Source of the DNA: an uncultured Bacteroidales bacterium
GTDB lineage: Bacteria > Bacteroidota > Bacteroidia > Bacteroidales > VadinHA17
Assembly: GCA_963717685.1 (NCBI GenBank)
Contig: OY970346.1
Location: 578,970 to 642,969 of the forward strand
Direction: 5' to 3'
Length of the DNA: 64,000 nt
Numbering within the stretch: the first letter of the stretch is position 1; each line of letters starts with the position of its first letter. The position numbers were made by a program, and so were the translations under genes. Of the stretch, positions 50,001 through 59,269 are shown in pieces. The notes under the pieces were generated by a model. That model saw only the letters and a program-made list of their open reading frames with translations, did no database searches and was not told the origin of the DNA.

Positions 50001-53000
50001 TCTGTTGAAGGAGCTCTCGTCCTGGAAGGATTCCTGACTCCTATCATTATTACCTTGATATTGCTGAGGCTTGGATTTCCAATTACTGAAATCCTGTGTC
50101 CGCTGGCAGCATAAATGAACAGGTCCGTAAGACTCAGCGTCGCTCCGGGAAGTGCCATTTGCCGGTCCCTTTCCTTCTTTGCGTCCTCCAGGTCCGAAAG
50201 AAGGATATCGAAACTATTCTCAGTAGGCCACACAAGAGTCCGGGCTGCATCTGAATTATTGTCATAAGAACCCGGTGCCGTCACCTTCAGCGGTAATTCA
50301 TATTCATAGAAATTATTCTGGTAATCTGAACCTATTCTTATAAAAGCTGTCAGATCGCCATCCTTAAGAGGATAGCCAGGGATCGCCTCCGCATGAGTTT
50401 CCATTCGCAGACGCTTGTACTGCCTTATATCCATTTCCGCGCCCTTAAATGCTGCCCTGGCATCTCCGTCCGTAAGGTCCTTTACGCGCAGCACCATTGA
50501 TTGCTCATTCAGAAGACGCAGCTGCGGATTTGTAGGATCAGTGATCCTGTTAAATCCCGGCGGCAGAACATAGTTCACAGGTTGTTTTCCTGAATCGTCC
50601 TCAATGCTGACGGAACTTATTTCAAGAGCGCCATCGGTAGGTTCGGGAACCGTCGTTCTTTCAGAACCCTCCATGAGTGAGAAGTCGTATTTTCTCCATT
50701 CTGCCCTCACAAGATTAAGCTCTGCAAAGCGCAGGTGGACTTCCTGGGTGAAGTTGCGAAGAAAAAGCCTCATGAACCTTATTGACTTAAAATCGCTTAT
50801 TGAGCCTATGGTGTTCTGATAATCGGTAATCGGTATCTTGAACTGGAACCACTTCACTGTCGATTTCGTTCCGTTTGCAAATGTCGCAGTATATTCAACC
50901 TGATCGACAATATTGTTCTTGCCGACCACAAGATCCTGTGGCCTCATGCTTATCTTGTACTGGAAATAGCTTTCGGTTTCATTCAGGGTATTATCGCGGT
51001 TTATATCTTCCATATCGGGCAGAGTCGTGCCGGTTGTCGGATATGATTCCTTTGACATTTCAGCAGTGGCAGAATTTCCCTCCTCTCCGTTATAGTTTTT
51101 GTATCTGTCGAGTATTCCCAGGTTTTCCTGATCATAATCGGTGCCCCTGTAATAATGAAAATCATCGCCTGAAGGATCCTTGAAAATTTTCTGATATACA
51201 TCAGGGCTCACGATGAGACTTGCTTTCTGAAGATAGTCCTTAAAGAAAGTCTGTTCATCCCAGTCTCCCAGCCCGTCAAGGCCCACATCCTGGTATTTTC
51301 TTGATTCGGAGGAATTATCAAAGGCATTGACTACCGATTGAATAGTAGGCACCCGGCCCCATACAGTTGTATCTACATTGACCACTGTGGCACTTGTCGG
51401 CAATCCGTTCTCAAAGCTTTTTCTAGAATCACGGAGTATATCTTCCGAAATATCCCCAAGGTCAAAAAACATGTCGCCTCCCGGACCTGTCGGGTTTTCG
51501 ACGAACGGATCCATAAGCCAGAACTCTATATACTGGATGTTGGCTGCTTCGAAATCGGTGGTCAGCACTTCCCTCATCATTCCTCCCCAGCGGGATTCAG
51601 GATTATTAAGTGTTCCATCCACAGCCAGTCCCTTCGAATAGTTACCAGGATAAGTATCATAGTTATACGGACCTCTTTCACTCGGGTAAAATGCGACATT
51701 CAGCACTGAGATTGTGGTGGGTATTCCTGTTTCGCTTTCCTTATTCGGCCATATTTCATTCTCATAAATTTCCCGCACAAAATGGCTAGATTGCATGTCC
51801 GGATGGTCCCTTATATATGTCGGAGTAGTTGATCCGTTCTCGAGGAACAGCGGGTCGATGACATACCATGCAATCTTGGCACGGTTAAACCCGCTTGCAA
51901 GATTATCATTGAGCTCTGCCTCCGGAAAAAGCTGGTCCTGTCCCTGCGGAACACTGGATATTGACCAGGCATCAAATGATTTCATATCCAGAGGGATCTC
52001 CGCTGACTCAAAATCGTCTATATATGCATTCCCAGCGCTTGTTATTGCATTTGAGTGGCCGGGGATAAGGTCTGCAAATTCTCCAAAGAATGAAATAGTA
52101 GAAGGTGTCTTTGTATTAAGGAAGGGCAGCTTGTCAATTATTTTTGTCAAAAGCTGGGATTGCGTCTTATATGATGTGTTCAATCCCCATATTGTATTGG
52201 AAATGGGCTCCTCGCCATAATTGACTTTCTGGGTATAAGGCCTTTCAGTAAGATGCAGTATGGTTGCGCCAACATCAAAATTATTTGAGAACTTGTAATC
52301 GAGATGGGTTCCTACGAGAGTTTTAGTCTGGAAACCATAATTCTGGTTATTTTCAAGCGATACCTGGATCGGTGTCTGCGATTCAATAAGGGCAGAATTA
52401 ATGATTGTTACGGTACCAAGATTATAATCGACAGTATAATCTGTATTTTCAGTCAACGGAACGCCCCCGGCAGTAACCTTGACGGATCCCTGAGGTATAT
52501 TTGTTGCATTTAGTCTTATTTCGGAACTGTATTGGGAGGAATATTCCCCTGCAAGAGTAAACTTATCCTTTTCAGCCATCTGCTGAGCAACATTCTGGGT
52601 TGAATCATAAAGCTCCTGAAATACATATTTTGACGCCAGTACCGGGTCATTGATGGCCTTCGCGAGATGGTTCCCGAACGGTTCTACTTCAGGAAACACA
52701 ACCTTCCCTTTATCAGCAATTATTGTCACACCATCGACAAAATCAAAGTAGCCGTCGGGTTGCCTGTCATTCTGTGAATTAAGGTTATCCAGCCCCATAA
52801 CCTGCAACAGTATTTTGTTTTGCAGTGATGGTTCAGGGAGGTAGTTTATTAAATTTCCGGTTTTGTCATCCTGATACAGCACATTAAGGACAAAATTGCT
52901 TGATTCCACCTTGCCTGATCCGAGCGAATAAATGTTTTTCATCATCAGGTTCCAGGTAGGAAGCTTGGGCGTGAGGGTTGTTCCCTTAATCAGCTTCAAT

Positions 53001-54496
53001 ACAAGTGTCTGGGGAGAGGCTATTCCGTCTGTCGAAAACTCGCCAACCTGGTAAACCCTGCCATTCAGGGTATATTCAAAGGCTACAGCAAGGACCTCAT
53101 CATTGTTCAATGAACTGTTAAGGGAGATATACCCGAGCTGTGTATTTAACGTATATTCCCTGGGATCAAGCTTGCGGGCATTCTCAATTTTCTCATAATC
53201 GCGACCTATCTGGAAACTTGAAGCTATCGGATTAAAGGCATTTGTCACCTGATCTACGCTTCTTATTGCCGAATAGGTAGAAGTCAACTGCTGGTACAAC
53301 TGGTTTGCTTCGTTTGCAGGGTAGGGCTTTGTTCCCGGTTCCGCCTGGAAGGCAGCCACCTTATTGTAAATATGGTCCTTATTTTCCCCCAGGTCCATAA
53401 ATGCAGCTATATTTCTGTTGTTGCCATTTTGATAACTGCCTGTCGTGTTTGTAATCCAAACCTCAATCCTCTGGATGTTAACTCCGGAGCTTATCACCGG
53501 AAGATTTTCGAGTGATTTATCAAAGATATCCCTGAAATACTGGGCGAGGAAAAAGTGTCGGTTTGCCTCGTAGCTATCCGCCTTGATTGTATAGCTGGTT
53601 TGCTGAACGCCACCCTTTGTCTGAATCGTAGAAGACTGGCCCTTTTGCTGGGAAATGACCGATGTAATCGTGAGCTTGCCGAATTGCATCTCGGTTTTTA
53701 GGCCGAAAAGACTGTAGCTTCCGGTAATGAGAGTTCCGGTAAGAGGAAGGGTGACATCGCCGGCTTCAACCTTCTTGAGGATTTCATCTTCCTTGCCGGC
53801 ATACTGTAGCTTTGTCTTGTTCTCAAATTCAAACATGGCGTCAGTGTTATAATTGATGCCAAGCTTCACCTTGTCGCCGATCGAGCCGGTGACATTCATC
53901 TGAATTTTTTCCTTGAAATCAAAAGTGGGAATGGTTCTCAGTTTTTCCGAGAGTGTCGGGTTATCGGTGTGCGATATGCTTATGCCGAATATAAGCTCGG
54001 CCGATCCCTGGGGAACAATATTTATGGTATTAGTTCCGAAAATCTTGTCGAATGCTTCCCCTCCAACGTCAATATTTGGGATAAGGGATGATTTGAACCC
54101 TGATTGTTTGCCCGAAATCCGGGAATCCCAGTATTCGCGCATCGATTTTTCATACTCATATTTCCTGTAGTCTTCGGGGCTCATGAAAACCGGCGTGCGG
54201 TAATCAAATGATCCTATTTTCTGGTATATTACATATTCATTTTTGTCGGGATCATAAACTTCAGTCGATTTTATATTTGAAGGGTCGTACAGGTACAGAG
54301 GCGAATTGTTTGTCGATTCCCATGGGATGCCGGTATCCTCCTGAAGCTTTAGAATTGATTTTCTCGTCGTGTCTTCAGTTGATGAAGCACGTGGAATAGT
54401 CTGGCATCTTGCTTCCTGTGACCCCAGGATAAGGTAACTGAATAGTCCAAGACATAACAACACCAGAAGATTTCGATATGATTTCCCTGATCCCAA
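47057..54496 (-). CDS. sprA: T9SS translocon SprA
   Basis: 2479-aa ORF with a signal peptide. The giant size and beta-rich composition are characteristic of Bacteroidota SprA, recognised from family knowledge rather than a search. Confidence 0.88.
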   Translation of the reverse strand: MGSGKSYRNLLVLLCLGLFSYLILGSQEARCQTIPRASSTEDTTRKSILKLQEDTGIPWESTNNSPLYLYDPSNIKSTEVYDPDKNEYVIYQKIGSFDYRTPVFMSPEDYRKYEYEKSMREYWDSRISGKQSGFKSSLIPNIDVGGEAFDKIFGTNTINIVPQGSAELIFGISISHTDNPTLSEKLRTIPTFDFKEKIQMNVTGSIGDKVKLGINYNTDAMFEFENKTKLQYAGKEDEILKKVEAGDVTLPLTGTLITGSYSLFGLKTEMQFGKLTITSVISQQKGQSSTIQTKGGVQQTSYTIKADSYEANRHFFLAQYFRDIFDKSLENLPVISSGVNIQRIEVWITNTTGSYQNGNNRNIAAFMDLGENKDHIYNKVAAFQAEPGTKPYPANEANQLYQQLTSTYSAIRSVDQVTNAFNPIASSFQIGRDYEKIENARKLDPREYTLNTQLGYISLNSSLNNDEVLAVAFEYTLNGRVYQVGEFSTDGIASPQTLVLKLIKGTTLTPKLPTWNLMMKNIYSLGSGKVESSNFVLNVLYQDDKTGNLINYLPEPSLQNKILLQVMGLDNLNSQNDRQPDGYFDFVDGVTIIADKGKVVFPEVEPFGNHLAKAINDPVLASKYVFQELYDSTQNVAQQMAEKDKFTLAGEYSSQYSSEIRLNATNIPQGSVKVTAGGVPLTENTDYTVDYNLGTVTIINSALIESQTPIQVSLENNQNYGFQTKTLVGTHLDYKFSNNFDVGATILHLTERPYTQKVNYGEEPISNTIWGLNTSYKTQSQLLTKIIDKLPFLNTKTPSTISFFGEFADLIPGHSNAITSAGNAYIDDFESAEIPLDMKSFDAWSISSVPQGQDQLFPEAELNDNLASGFNRAKIAWYVIDPLFLENGSTTPTYIRDHPDMQSSHFVREIYENEIWPNKESETGIPTTISVLNVAFYPSERGPYNYDTYPGNYSKGLAVDGTLNNPESRWGGMMREVLTTDFEAANIQYIEFWLMDPFVENPTGPGGDMFFDLGDISEDILRDSRKSFENGLPTSATVVNVDTTVWGRVPTIQSVVNAFDNSSESRKYQDVGLDGLGDWDEQTFFKDYLQKASLIVSPDVYQKIFKDPSGDDFHYYRGTDYDQENLGILDRYKNYNGEEGNSATAEMSKESYPTTGTTLPDMEDINRDNTLNETESYFQYKISMRPQDLVVGKNNIVDQVEYTATFANGTKSTVKWFQFKIPITDYQNTIGSISDFKSIRFMRLFLRNFTQEVHLRFAELNLVRAEWRKYDFSLMEGSERTTVPEPTDGALEISSVSIEDDSGKQPVNYVLPPGFNRITDPTNPQLRLLNEQSMVLRVKDLTDGDARAAFKGAEMDIRQYKRLRMETHAEAIPGYPLKDGDLTAFIRIGSDYQNNFYEYELPLKVTAPGSYDNNSDAARTLVWPTENSFDILLSDLEDAKKERDRQMALPGATLSLTDLFIYAASGHRISVIGNPSLSNIKVIMIGVRNPSRTRAPSTDDGSPKWGEVWVDELRLNDFIEKGGWAANGHLQAHLADLGSIDLVGQASTPGWGSLDSKINDRSLDGTTKYDLSSNIEMGKFFPEKMMVRLPLYVGYSEAWTTPEYNPLDPDILLSDALSVARTKAEKDSLKSLTEEYSLRKTITLNNVGIGKKGKKSHLWDIANLSANYSFNELYSHNTTTVIDLEKDYKGGLNYDYQGQPANIMPFKNIQFLNGKIFRIIKDFNFYLLPKSISIRNELSRDYNEIRTRDIDNPDMIINPTYRKDFEWTRIYDVKYDVTRQLKIDFTATNLARIDEPDGPVDKKEYPDEYRIWRDSVLKELKRFGRTTSYTHIINATYTIPVNKLPLLGWINSNARYTAEYDWLAGPVYPDSLGINVGNTIKNSNELTLTTMGNLAALYSKSKFLKRVESDTRPESNHHLKNEFRTVTYTKDNVSFKPKTPRAIVHNLKTRDVKVKVLRKGGGEVKGKVEVVNENKINFTSSEQVDGAKVIIEGKVQLKQNPLIITGEYLIRGLMGVRSVSMTITSSQGLYLPGYMPKTTILGMSNVNGALAPGWPFILGLGSRTFFDRAVSHGWLSKDTLLNTPASYTKKLEFSLRSMIEPIPGLKIDLNAIRRFVQNTNSYYIANSSGQFPDSTRNTTIGGSFEMSIISWGTAFEKVSKNNNYASPTFEAFKRDLVVISQRLATQRANIDPSYNPNIDPVTGSAITGDFKNGYGETSSEVMVPAFLAAYTKTNPRDVTLATFPSALSMMPNWRITFDGLSKYDFVQTLFRSITISHQYISTYQIGSYTTNLNYVAGENGLNYIRDLQENFIPQFALNTVTINEQFSPLINVDMNWKNSMTTRIEWKKSRTVTLNLSSNEIADDRINELVVGVGYRFSDVKVILKTGGTQKAFKSNLNLRLDFSIRDNKTIARELIEDVDQPVVGQQVLTTGFTADYALSDRFNLQMFIDQTTNNPFVATTFPTSNTDFGFSLKFTLAQ

Positions 54497-54514
54497 TCCG
54501 GCTTTAATTCTGTA

Positions 54515-55096
54515 CTACAAGTTCTTCAGCGCTTTCTTGATCATTTCTTCGACCGTAAGGCTTTTTTCTTCCCTTACAATCCTGTCAAGAACTTTCGACA
54601 CCGCGCTTTTGGCAAACCCAAGCATCACTAATGCAGATAACGCCTCATCGCGTTTTGTATTGTCTGCAAGAGCAAATATTTCACCGCTTCCGTCCTGTTT
54701 GCCTACCTTGTCTTTAAGATCAACAATAATCCTCTGGGCAGTCTTCAGGCCGATGCCCTTTACACTTTTCAGGAGGCTGACATCCGATTCCACAATCGAT
54801 TTTTCAACCTCTGTCGGAGTAAGTGATGATAGCATCATTCGTGCAGTGCTTGCACCTACACCTGAGACAGAGATAAGCATCCTGAAGACATCGCGTTCCT
54901 CCTTATCAGCAAACCCATACAACTGGTGGCTGTCTTCCTTTATTACTTCATGAATAAGGATTCTGAAATCGCTTTTGCCTTCCAGCCTGGCGAAGGTTGT
55001 CAGGGAAATATTGATAAAATAGCCGATACCTCCGCATTCCATTGCAATGAATGTCGGAGTAACCTGGGATATTGTTCCTTTAATATAGTCTATCAT
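54515..55096 (-). CDS. ruvA: Holliday junction DNA helicase subunit RuvA
   Basis: 193 aa: MIDYIKG..., an OB fold, two HhH motifs (GVGASTA, GIGLKTAQRI) and a C-terminal domain III. Confidence 0.93.
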   Translation of the reverse strand: MIDYIKGTISQVTPTFIAMECGGIGYFINISLTTFARLEGKSDFRILIHEVIKEDSHQLYGFADKEERDVFRMLISVSGVGASTARMMLSSLTPTEVEKSIVESDVSLLKSVKGIGLKTAQRIIVDLKDKVGKQDGSGEIFALADNTKRDEALSALVMLGFAKSAVSKVLDRIVREEKSLTVEEMIKKALKNL

Positions 55097-56199
55097 AGTT
55101 GCTGGTCGGTATTATAAAGATCAGGAGGAAGCTCATCCACTTTATCGGAATGAATATCTATATCCTGGTGCTTCAGCGGGTTTTTCGTAATCTCTGCATA
55201 CAGCTGCCTGTTTTTGAATATAGTACAGGCAAGATATACAGCTTGCCGGAAAGAGTTCTCTGAGGCTTCGCCTTTCCCTGCAATTGCGAATGCCGTACCA
55301 TGGACAGGTGAAGTTCTTACAAATGGCAATCCTGCCGTAAAATTTACGCCGGAATCGAACGCAAGAGCCTTGAATGGCGCAAGACCCTGGTCATGATACA
55401 TGGCAAGTATTCCGTCAAATTTTGCAAATGAACCTGCACCGAAAAAACCATCGGCCGGATAAGGGCCGAATACGAGCATTCCATCCTTTTCTGCCTGCCT
55501 TATTGCAGGCAATATAGTTTCGTTTTCTTCCTCTCCAAGCAGGGCATTATCGCCTGCATGAGGATTAAGCCCGAGGACAGCTATTTTAGGTTTCCTTACC
55601 GCGAAGTCAAAAATGAGTGACTGATTCATCAATCTGAGCTTGCCAAGAAGGGACTCGACCGTTATCATCCCGGGGACCTGCTTAATTGGACAATGACCCG
55701 TGGCTATGCCGATCTTCATGTTCTCACTGATCATGAACATTAGCACTTCCTCCACGCCAGCCCTGGATTTAAGGTATTCCGTGTGGCCATTGAAATGAAA
55801 GCTTTCCGATTGTATATTCTTTTTATCAATGGGTGCAGTAATCAGAACATCTATCTTCCCGTTCTTCAGGTCCTCAACGGCTCTTTCGAGGGATGAGAGA
55901 GCGGCCGCGCCGCTCTGCTGGGTCGATTTCCCCAGCTCAACCCTGATATTGTCATCAAGGCAATTGATCATATTTGCCTTTCGCGGATTTGCCTCTTCGG
56001 GAGAACGGATATTATTGAAGCTGAAATTATTTATATTAAGTGCTTTACGATGATATGCAGCCACTTTTGGCGATCCATAGACCACCGGGATGCAAAGCTC
56101 GTTTATCATTGGGTCCATAAGTGTTTTTATTATCACTTCATAGCCTATTCCATTAATATCGCCATGTGATATACCTGCAATTATTGGTTTTGTTTCCAT
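55093..56199 (-). CDS. pdxA: 4-hydroxythreonine-4-phosphate dehydrogenase PdxA
   Basis: 368 aa with GHTE, LNPHAGD and HGTAF motifs. Its stop overlaps the ruvA start by 4 nt. Confidence 0.9.
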   Translation of the reverse strand: METKPIIAGISHGDINGIGYEVIIKTLMDPMINELCIPVVYGSPKVAAYHRKALNINNFSFNNIRSPEEANPRKANMINCLDDNIRVELGKSTQQSGAAALSSLERAVEDLKNGKIDVLITAPIDKKNIQSESFHFNGHTEYLKSRAGVEEVLMFMISENMKIGIATGHCPIKQVPGMITVESLLGKLRLMNQSLIFDFAVRKPKIAVLGLNPHAGDNALLGEEENETILPAIRQAEKDGMLVFGPYPADGFFGAGSFAKFDGILAMYHDQGLAPFKALAFDSGVNFTAGLPFVRTSPVHGTAFAIAGKGEASENSFRQAVYLACTIFKNRQLYAEITKNPLKHQDIDIHSDKVDELPPDLYNTDQQL

Positions 56200-56201
56200 G
56201 C

Positions 56202-57659
56202 CTACTTCAAGTTTTTGTATTCCTCAGCAAGTCTCCTGACAAATGTGGCCAGAAGCCTCAGTCCTGAACCCGGGTTTTCCCTGATCCTGTAATAATCATC
56301 CTTTTTAAGTGATCCTGTGCCTGCAATATCGAGATGGATCAGCGGTGATTTCGCAAATCTTTCGAGGAACTTGCCTGCAGTTATTGCCCCGGCTTCACGA
56401 CCGCCTACATTCTTTATATCAGCAATATCCGATTTGATCAATTCTCCATATTCTTCCCAGAAGGGAAGCTCGGCAATTCTTTCATACACGTCCCTGCCGC
56501 ATTCTCCAAGAAGGTCAATGTATTTTCTGTCTGCATTGGTCATCATTGCAATTGCCTGGTTGCCGAAAGTCATTGCTGCAGATCCGGTAAGGGTGGCTAT
56601 ATCAATTATCAGCTCGGGTTTGTATTTTGAGGCGTAGCTTATGGCATCGGCAAGGATGAGCCTTCCTTCAGCATCTGTATTGCCAATCTCAACCGTCATC
56701 CCGTTATGCATCGTAATTATGTCGCCCTGTGCATAGGCATTACCTCCCGGACGGTTGTCGGTCGAAGGTATCAGTGCAATGATGTGCAGTGGAATATTAT
56801 TCCTCGAAGCCATGTAAAGAACGCCTGCAACAGTTGCTGCTCCCGCCATATCTCCCTTCATATTTGCCATATAATCACCGGTCTTTATATTAAGGCCACC
56901 GGTATCATAGACAATTCCCTTCCCCACAAGCACGACAGGGTGTCTGTTAACCCGGTTTTCTGGCTTCCATTCCAGGATGCAAAACACGGGTGGATCAACG
57001 CTGCCCTTATTGACAGCCAGGATGCCCCCCATTTTAAGAGCTTCTATCTTGCCTTTGTTAAAAACTTCAACCGAGAATCCCGCCGATTTTCCCAGTTCCA
57101 TAATGGCAGCCGCGAGGGCGGATGCATTCAGATGATTCACTGGTTCGTTCGTCAGGTCGCGTACAAAATATACAGCATCGGAAAGATCTGTAAGCCATCT
57201 GATTTCTTTTTTATCGATGTCTCCATATAACAGAAGCCTTAAAGGAATCGTCCGTGTTTTCTCCTTGTCATTCAGGGTTTTGTACTTGTCAAATTCATAA
57301 AAGCTTAGGATCAGGCCTTCTGTAAAATCCTCAACAGCACCTTGATAGGCCTCATGAGAAGCTATAACAAGCTCCTTGTGGTTATTGGACCTGATTAGCT
57401 CCTTCAGAGCAGAGGCTGTCTTCCTCAGCTCTTCCCTCATCCTGAATCCGTTCGGTCCGCTTTTTATTTTAACCAGATATGTGCTCCTGATATACGAGTT
57501 TACGAACACATAATCTTCATTGAGGGAAAGTTGCTTTAAAGCATATTCCTTTTCCGATTTGTTCAGCTTAAGAAATGCCGGTATTTCATCTTTTCCGATA
57601 ATGCATACAACTGACTGATTGGGTTTAAGTTGTGATATTTTTACTATTTCAGGTTTCAT
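56202..57659 (-). CDS. pepA: M17 leucyl aminopeptidase
   Basis: 485 aa with VGKGIVYDTGG and NTDAEGRL metal-site motifs. Confidence 0.92.
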   Translation of the reverse strand: MKPEIVKISQLKPNQSVVCIIGKDEIPAFLKLNKSEKEYALKQLSLNEDYVFVNSYIRSTYLVKIKSGPNGFRMREELRKTASALKELIRSNNHKELVIASHEAYQGAVEDFTEGLILSFYEFDKYKTLNDKEKTRTIPLRLLLYGDIDKKEIRWLTDLSDAVYFVRDLTNEPVNHLNASALAAAIMELGKSAGFSVEVFNKGKIEALKMGGILAVNKGSVDPPVFCILEWKPENRVNRHPVVLVGKGIVYDTGGLNIKTGDYMANMKGDMAGAATVAGVLYMASRNNIPLHIIALIPSTDNRPGGNAYAQGDIITMHNGMTVEIGNTDAEGRLILADAISYASKYKPELIIDIATLTGSAAMTFGNQAIAMMTNADRKYIDLLGECGRDVYERIAELPFWEEYGELIKSDIADIKNVGGREAGAITAGKFLERFAKSPLIHLDIAGTGSLKKDDYYRIRENPGSGLRLLATFVRRLAEEYKNLK

Positions 57660-57931
57660 ACGTCAAAAAGAAATTTTTAAGGACATAAAGTTAATCAAAT
57701 TTTGATTGTTTGGGTTTCAAACTGTCACCTTTGAAAAGGCAGGGGAAGGATTAAGAATTGTTTTAAGGCAAATTCCCCTCTTTCTTATTCCAACCAAGCC
57801 CTGCATCAGCGTCTGCATGTTGCCGGAGCTTTCTCCTGCCTCCATAGTGAAACGAAAGAGGCAGCGGCGGCACAAGTGGCTTCCATCAGCCGCGACATGG
57901 TGAACATTATCAGGAATTAACAGGCTGAAAT

Positions 57932-59269
57932 CTAAAAGTACTTCTTCAGGAGCCGGAACACATCATTGCCGTTTGCCAGAAGGAGCAATGCGATCAGTAT
58001 TGCCATCCCGACAATTTGTGCATATTCCATGAATTTGTCACTTGGCTTTCTTCCCGTTATAACCTCAAACAGCAGGAACATCACATGGCCCCCGTCCAGG
58101 CCGGGGATCGGGAGAAGATTCATAATAGCCAGGATTATTGAAAGGAATGCTGTAAGGTTCCAGAATATCTGCCAGTCCCATGATGGCGGGAAGATGCTTC
58201 CGATAGTAATGAAGCCTCCAAGTGATTCATAAGCCTTGGTGTGTCTTGAGAATATGATCCTGAACTGCTTCAGGTAATCTCCGATCGTCTTGAATCCCAG
58301 TCTTATGCCTGCTGGCACGGATTGGAATAAATTGTATTTAATTGTCTTCAGCTGAAAAATCTGGGAATATGTCCTGGAGTCTCCGATTCCGATCTTGCCG
58401 GCAGAATTCGGGATTATTTCCAGCTTTAAAGGTTGTCCGTTCCTGATTATATCGAGTGTAATTGAATGTCCTTTATTCCTCGAAATATAACCCTGGAACT
58501 GGTCGAGGAAAACGAAAGTGGAATCATCAATTCCCCTGACCTCATCGCCAAGCATTATTCCGGCAGCTTTTGCCGGAGCCGTTTTATCAATATAAGAGAT
58601 AACATATTTGCCGAACGGGCTTCTGGGTTCAATGGGGCAAAGTCCCTTGAGCATTTTTGGCATGAGGTCCGGAGGTATCGAAATGTTAAGTAGACGTCCG
58701 TCCCTTTGCACCTGGATCGATTTGCGGTTATTTAGTATAATATCGGTCCTGATCTCCTGGAATTTTTCAATTTTAATATTATCAGATGAGAGTATTATAT
58801 CTCCATTCCTCAGTCCTATTGAATACCCGGTTGAATCAGTCACTATGCCATATTTGACGCTTGAAGTCGGAAGATAGGATTCTCCCCAGGCAAAAAGAAC
58901 CGTAATATAAATAAGCAGTGCCAGTATGAAATTGAAAAGCACTCCTCCAATCATAATCAGCAGACGCTCCCATGCTTTTTTTGACCTGTATTCCCACGGC
59001 TGGGGCGGCTGCTTCATTTGTTCAATGTCCATTGATTCATCTATCATGCCTGCAATCTTGGTGTATCCGCCAAGGGGCAGCCATCCAAGACCGTATTCTG
59101 TCTCTCCCTTCCTGAACTTGAAAATAGTAAACCATGGATTGAAAAACAGGTAGAATTTTTCGACCCTTGCTTTTAAAGACTTGGCCATTGCAAAATGCCC
59201 CAATTCATGTATTAATACAAGAATAGACAGGCTGAGAATCAACTGAAGTATTCTGATAATTACTGACAT
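57932..59269 (-). CDS. rseP: RIP site-2 metalloprotease RseP
   Basis: 445 aa with HELGH in the first TM helix, PDZ domains and a C-terminal NLLPIPGLDGG motif. Confidence 0.92.
   Translation of the reverse strand: MSVIIRILQLILSLSILVLIHELGHFAMAKSLKARVEKFYLFFNPWFTIFKFRKGETEYGLGWLPLGGYTKIAGMIDESMDIEQMKQPPQPWEYRSKKAWERLLIMIGGVLFNFILALLIYITVLFAWGESYLPTSSVKYGIVTDSTGYSIGLRNGDIILSSDNIKIEKFQEIRTDIILNNRKSIQVQRDGRLLNISIPPDLMPKMLKGLCPIEPRSPFGKYVISYIDKTAPAKAAGIMLGDEVRGIDDSTFVFLDQFQGYISRNKGHSITLDIIRNGQPLKLEIIPNSAGKIGIGDSRTYSQIFQLKTIKYNLFQSVPAGIRLGFKTIGDYLKQFRIIFSRHTKAYESLGGFITIGSIFPPSWDWQIFWNLTAFLSIILAIMNLLPIPGLDGGHVMFLLFEVITGRKPSDKFMEYAQIVGMAILIALLLLANGNDVFRLLKKYF

Noticed and set aside
47057-54496. sprA lying directly beside the starch locus that encodes a T9SS-sorted amylase, as evidence for a dedicated functional unit.
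   Set aside because: sprA is the general T9SS translocon and is followed by unrelated housekeeping genes (ruvA, pdxA). Adjacency alone does not support a dedicated link, so it is mentioned only as context.
57820-57900. Possible SRP (4.5S) RNA in the rseP/pepA gap, because of GGAAGCC- and GCAG-containing hairpins on the minus strand.
   Set aside because: I could not align the conserved domain IV motif (GGAA tetraloop flanked by AGCA/GGAAGCAGCC-type symmetric loops). The similarity is too weak to call.
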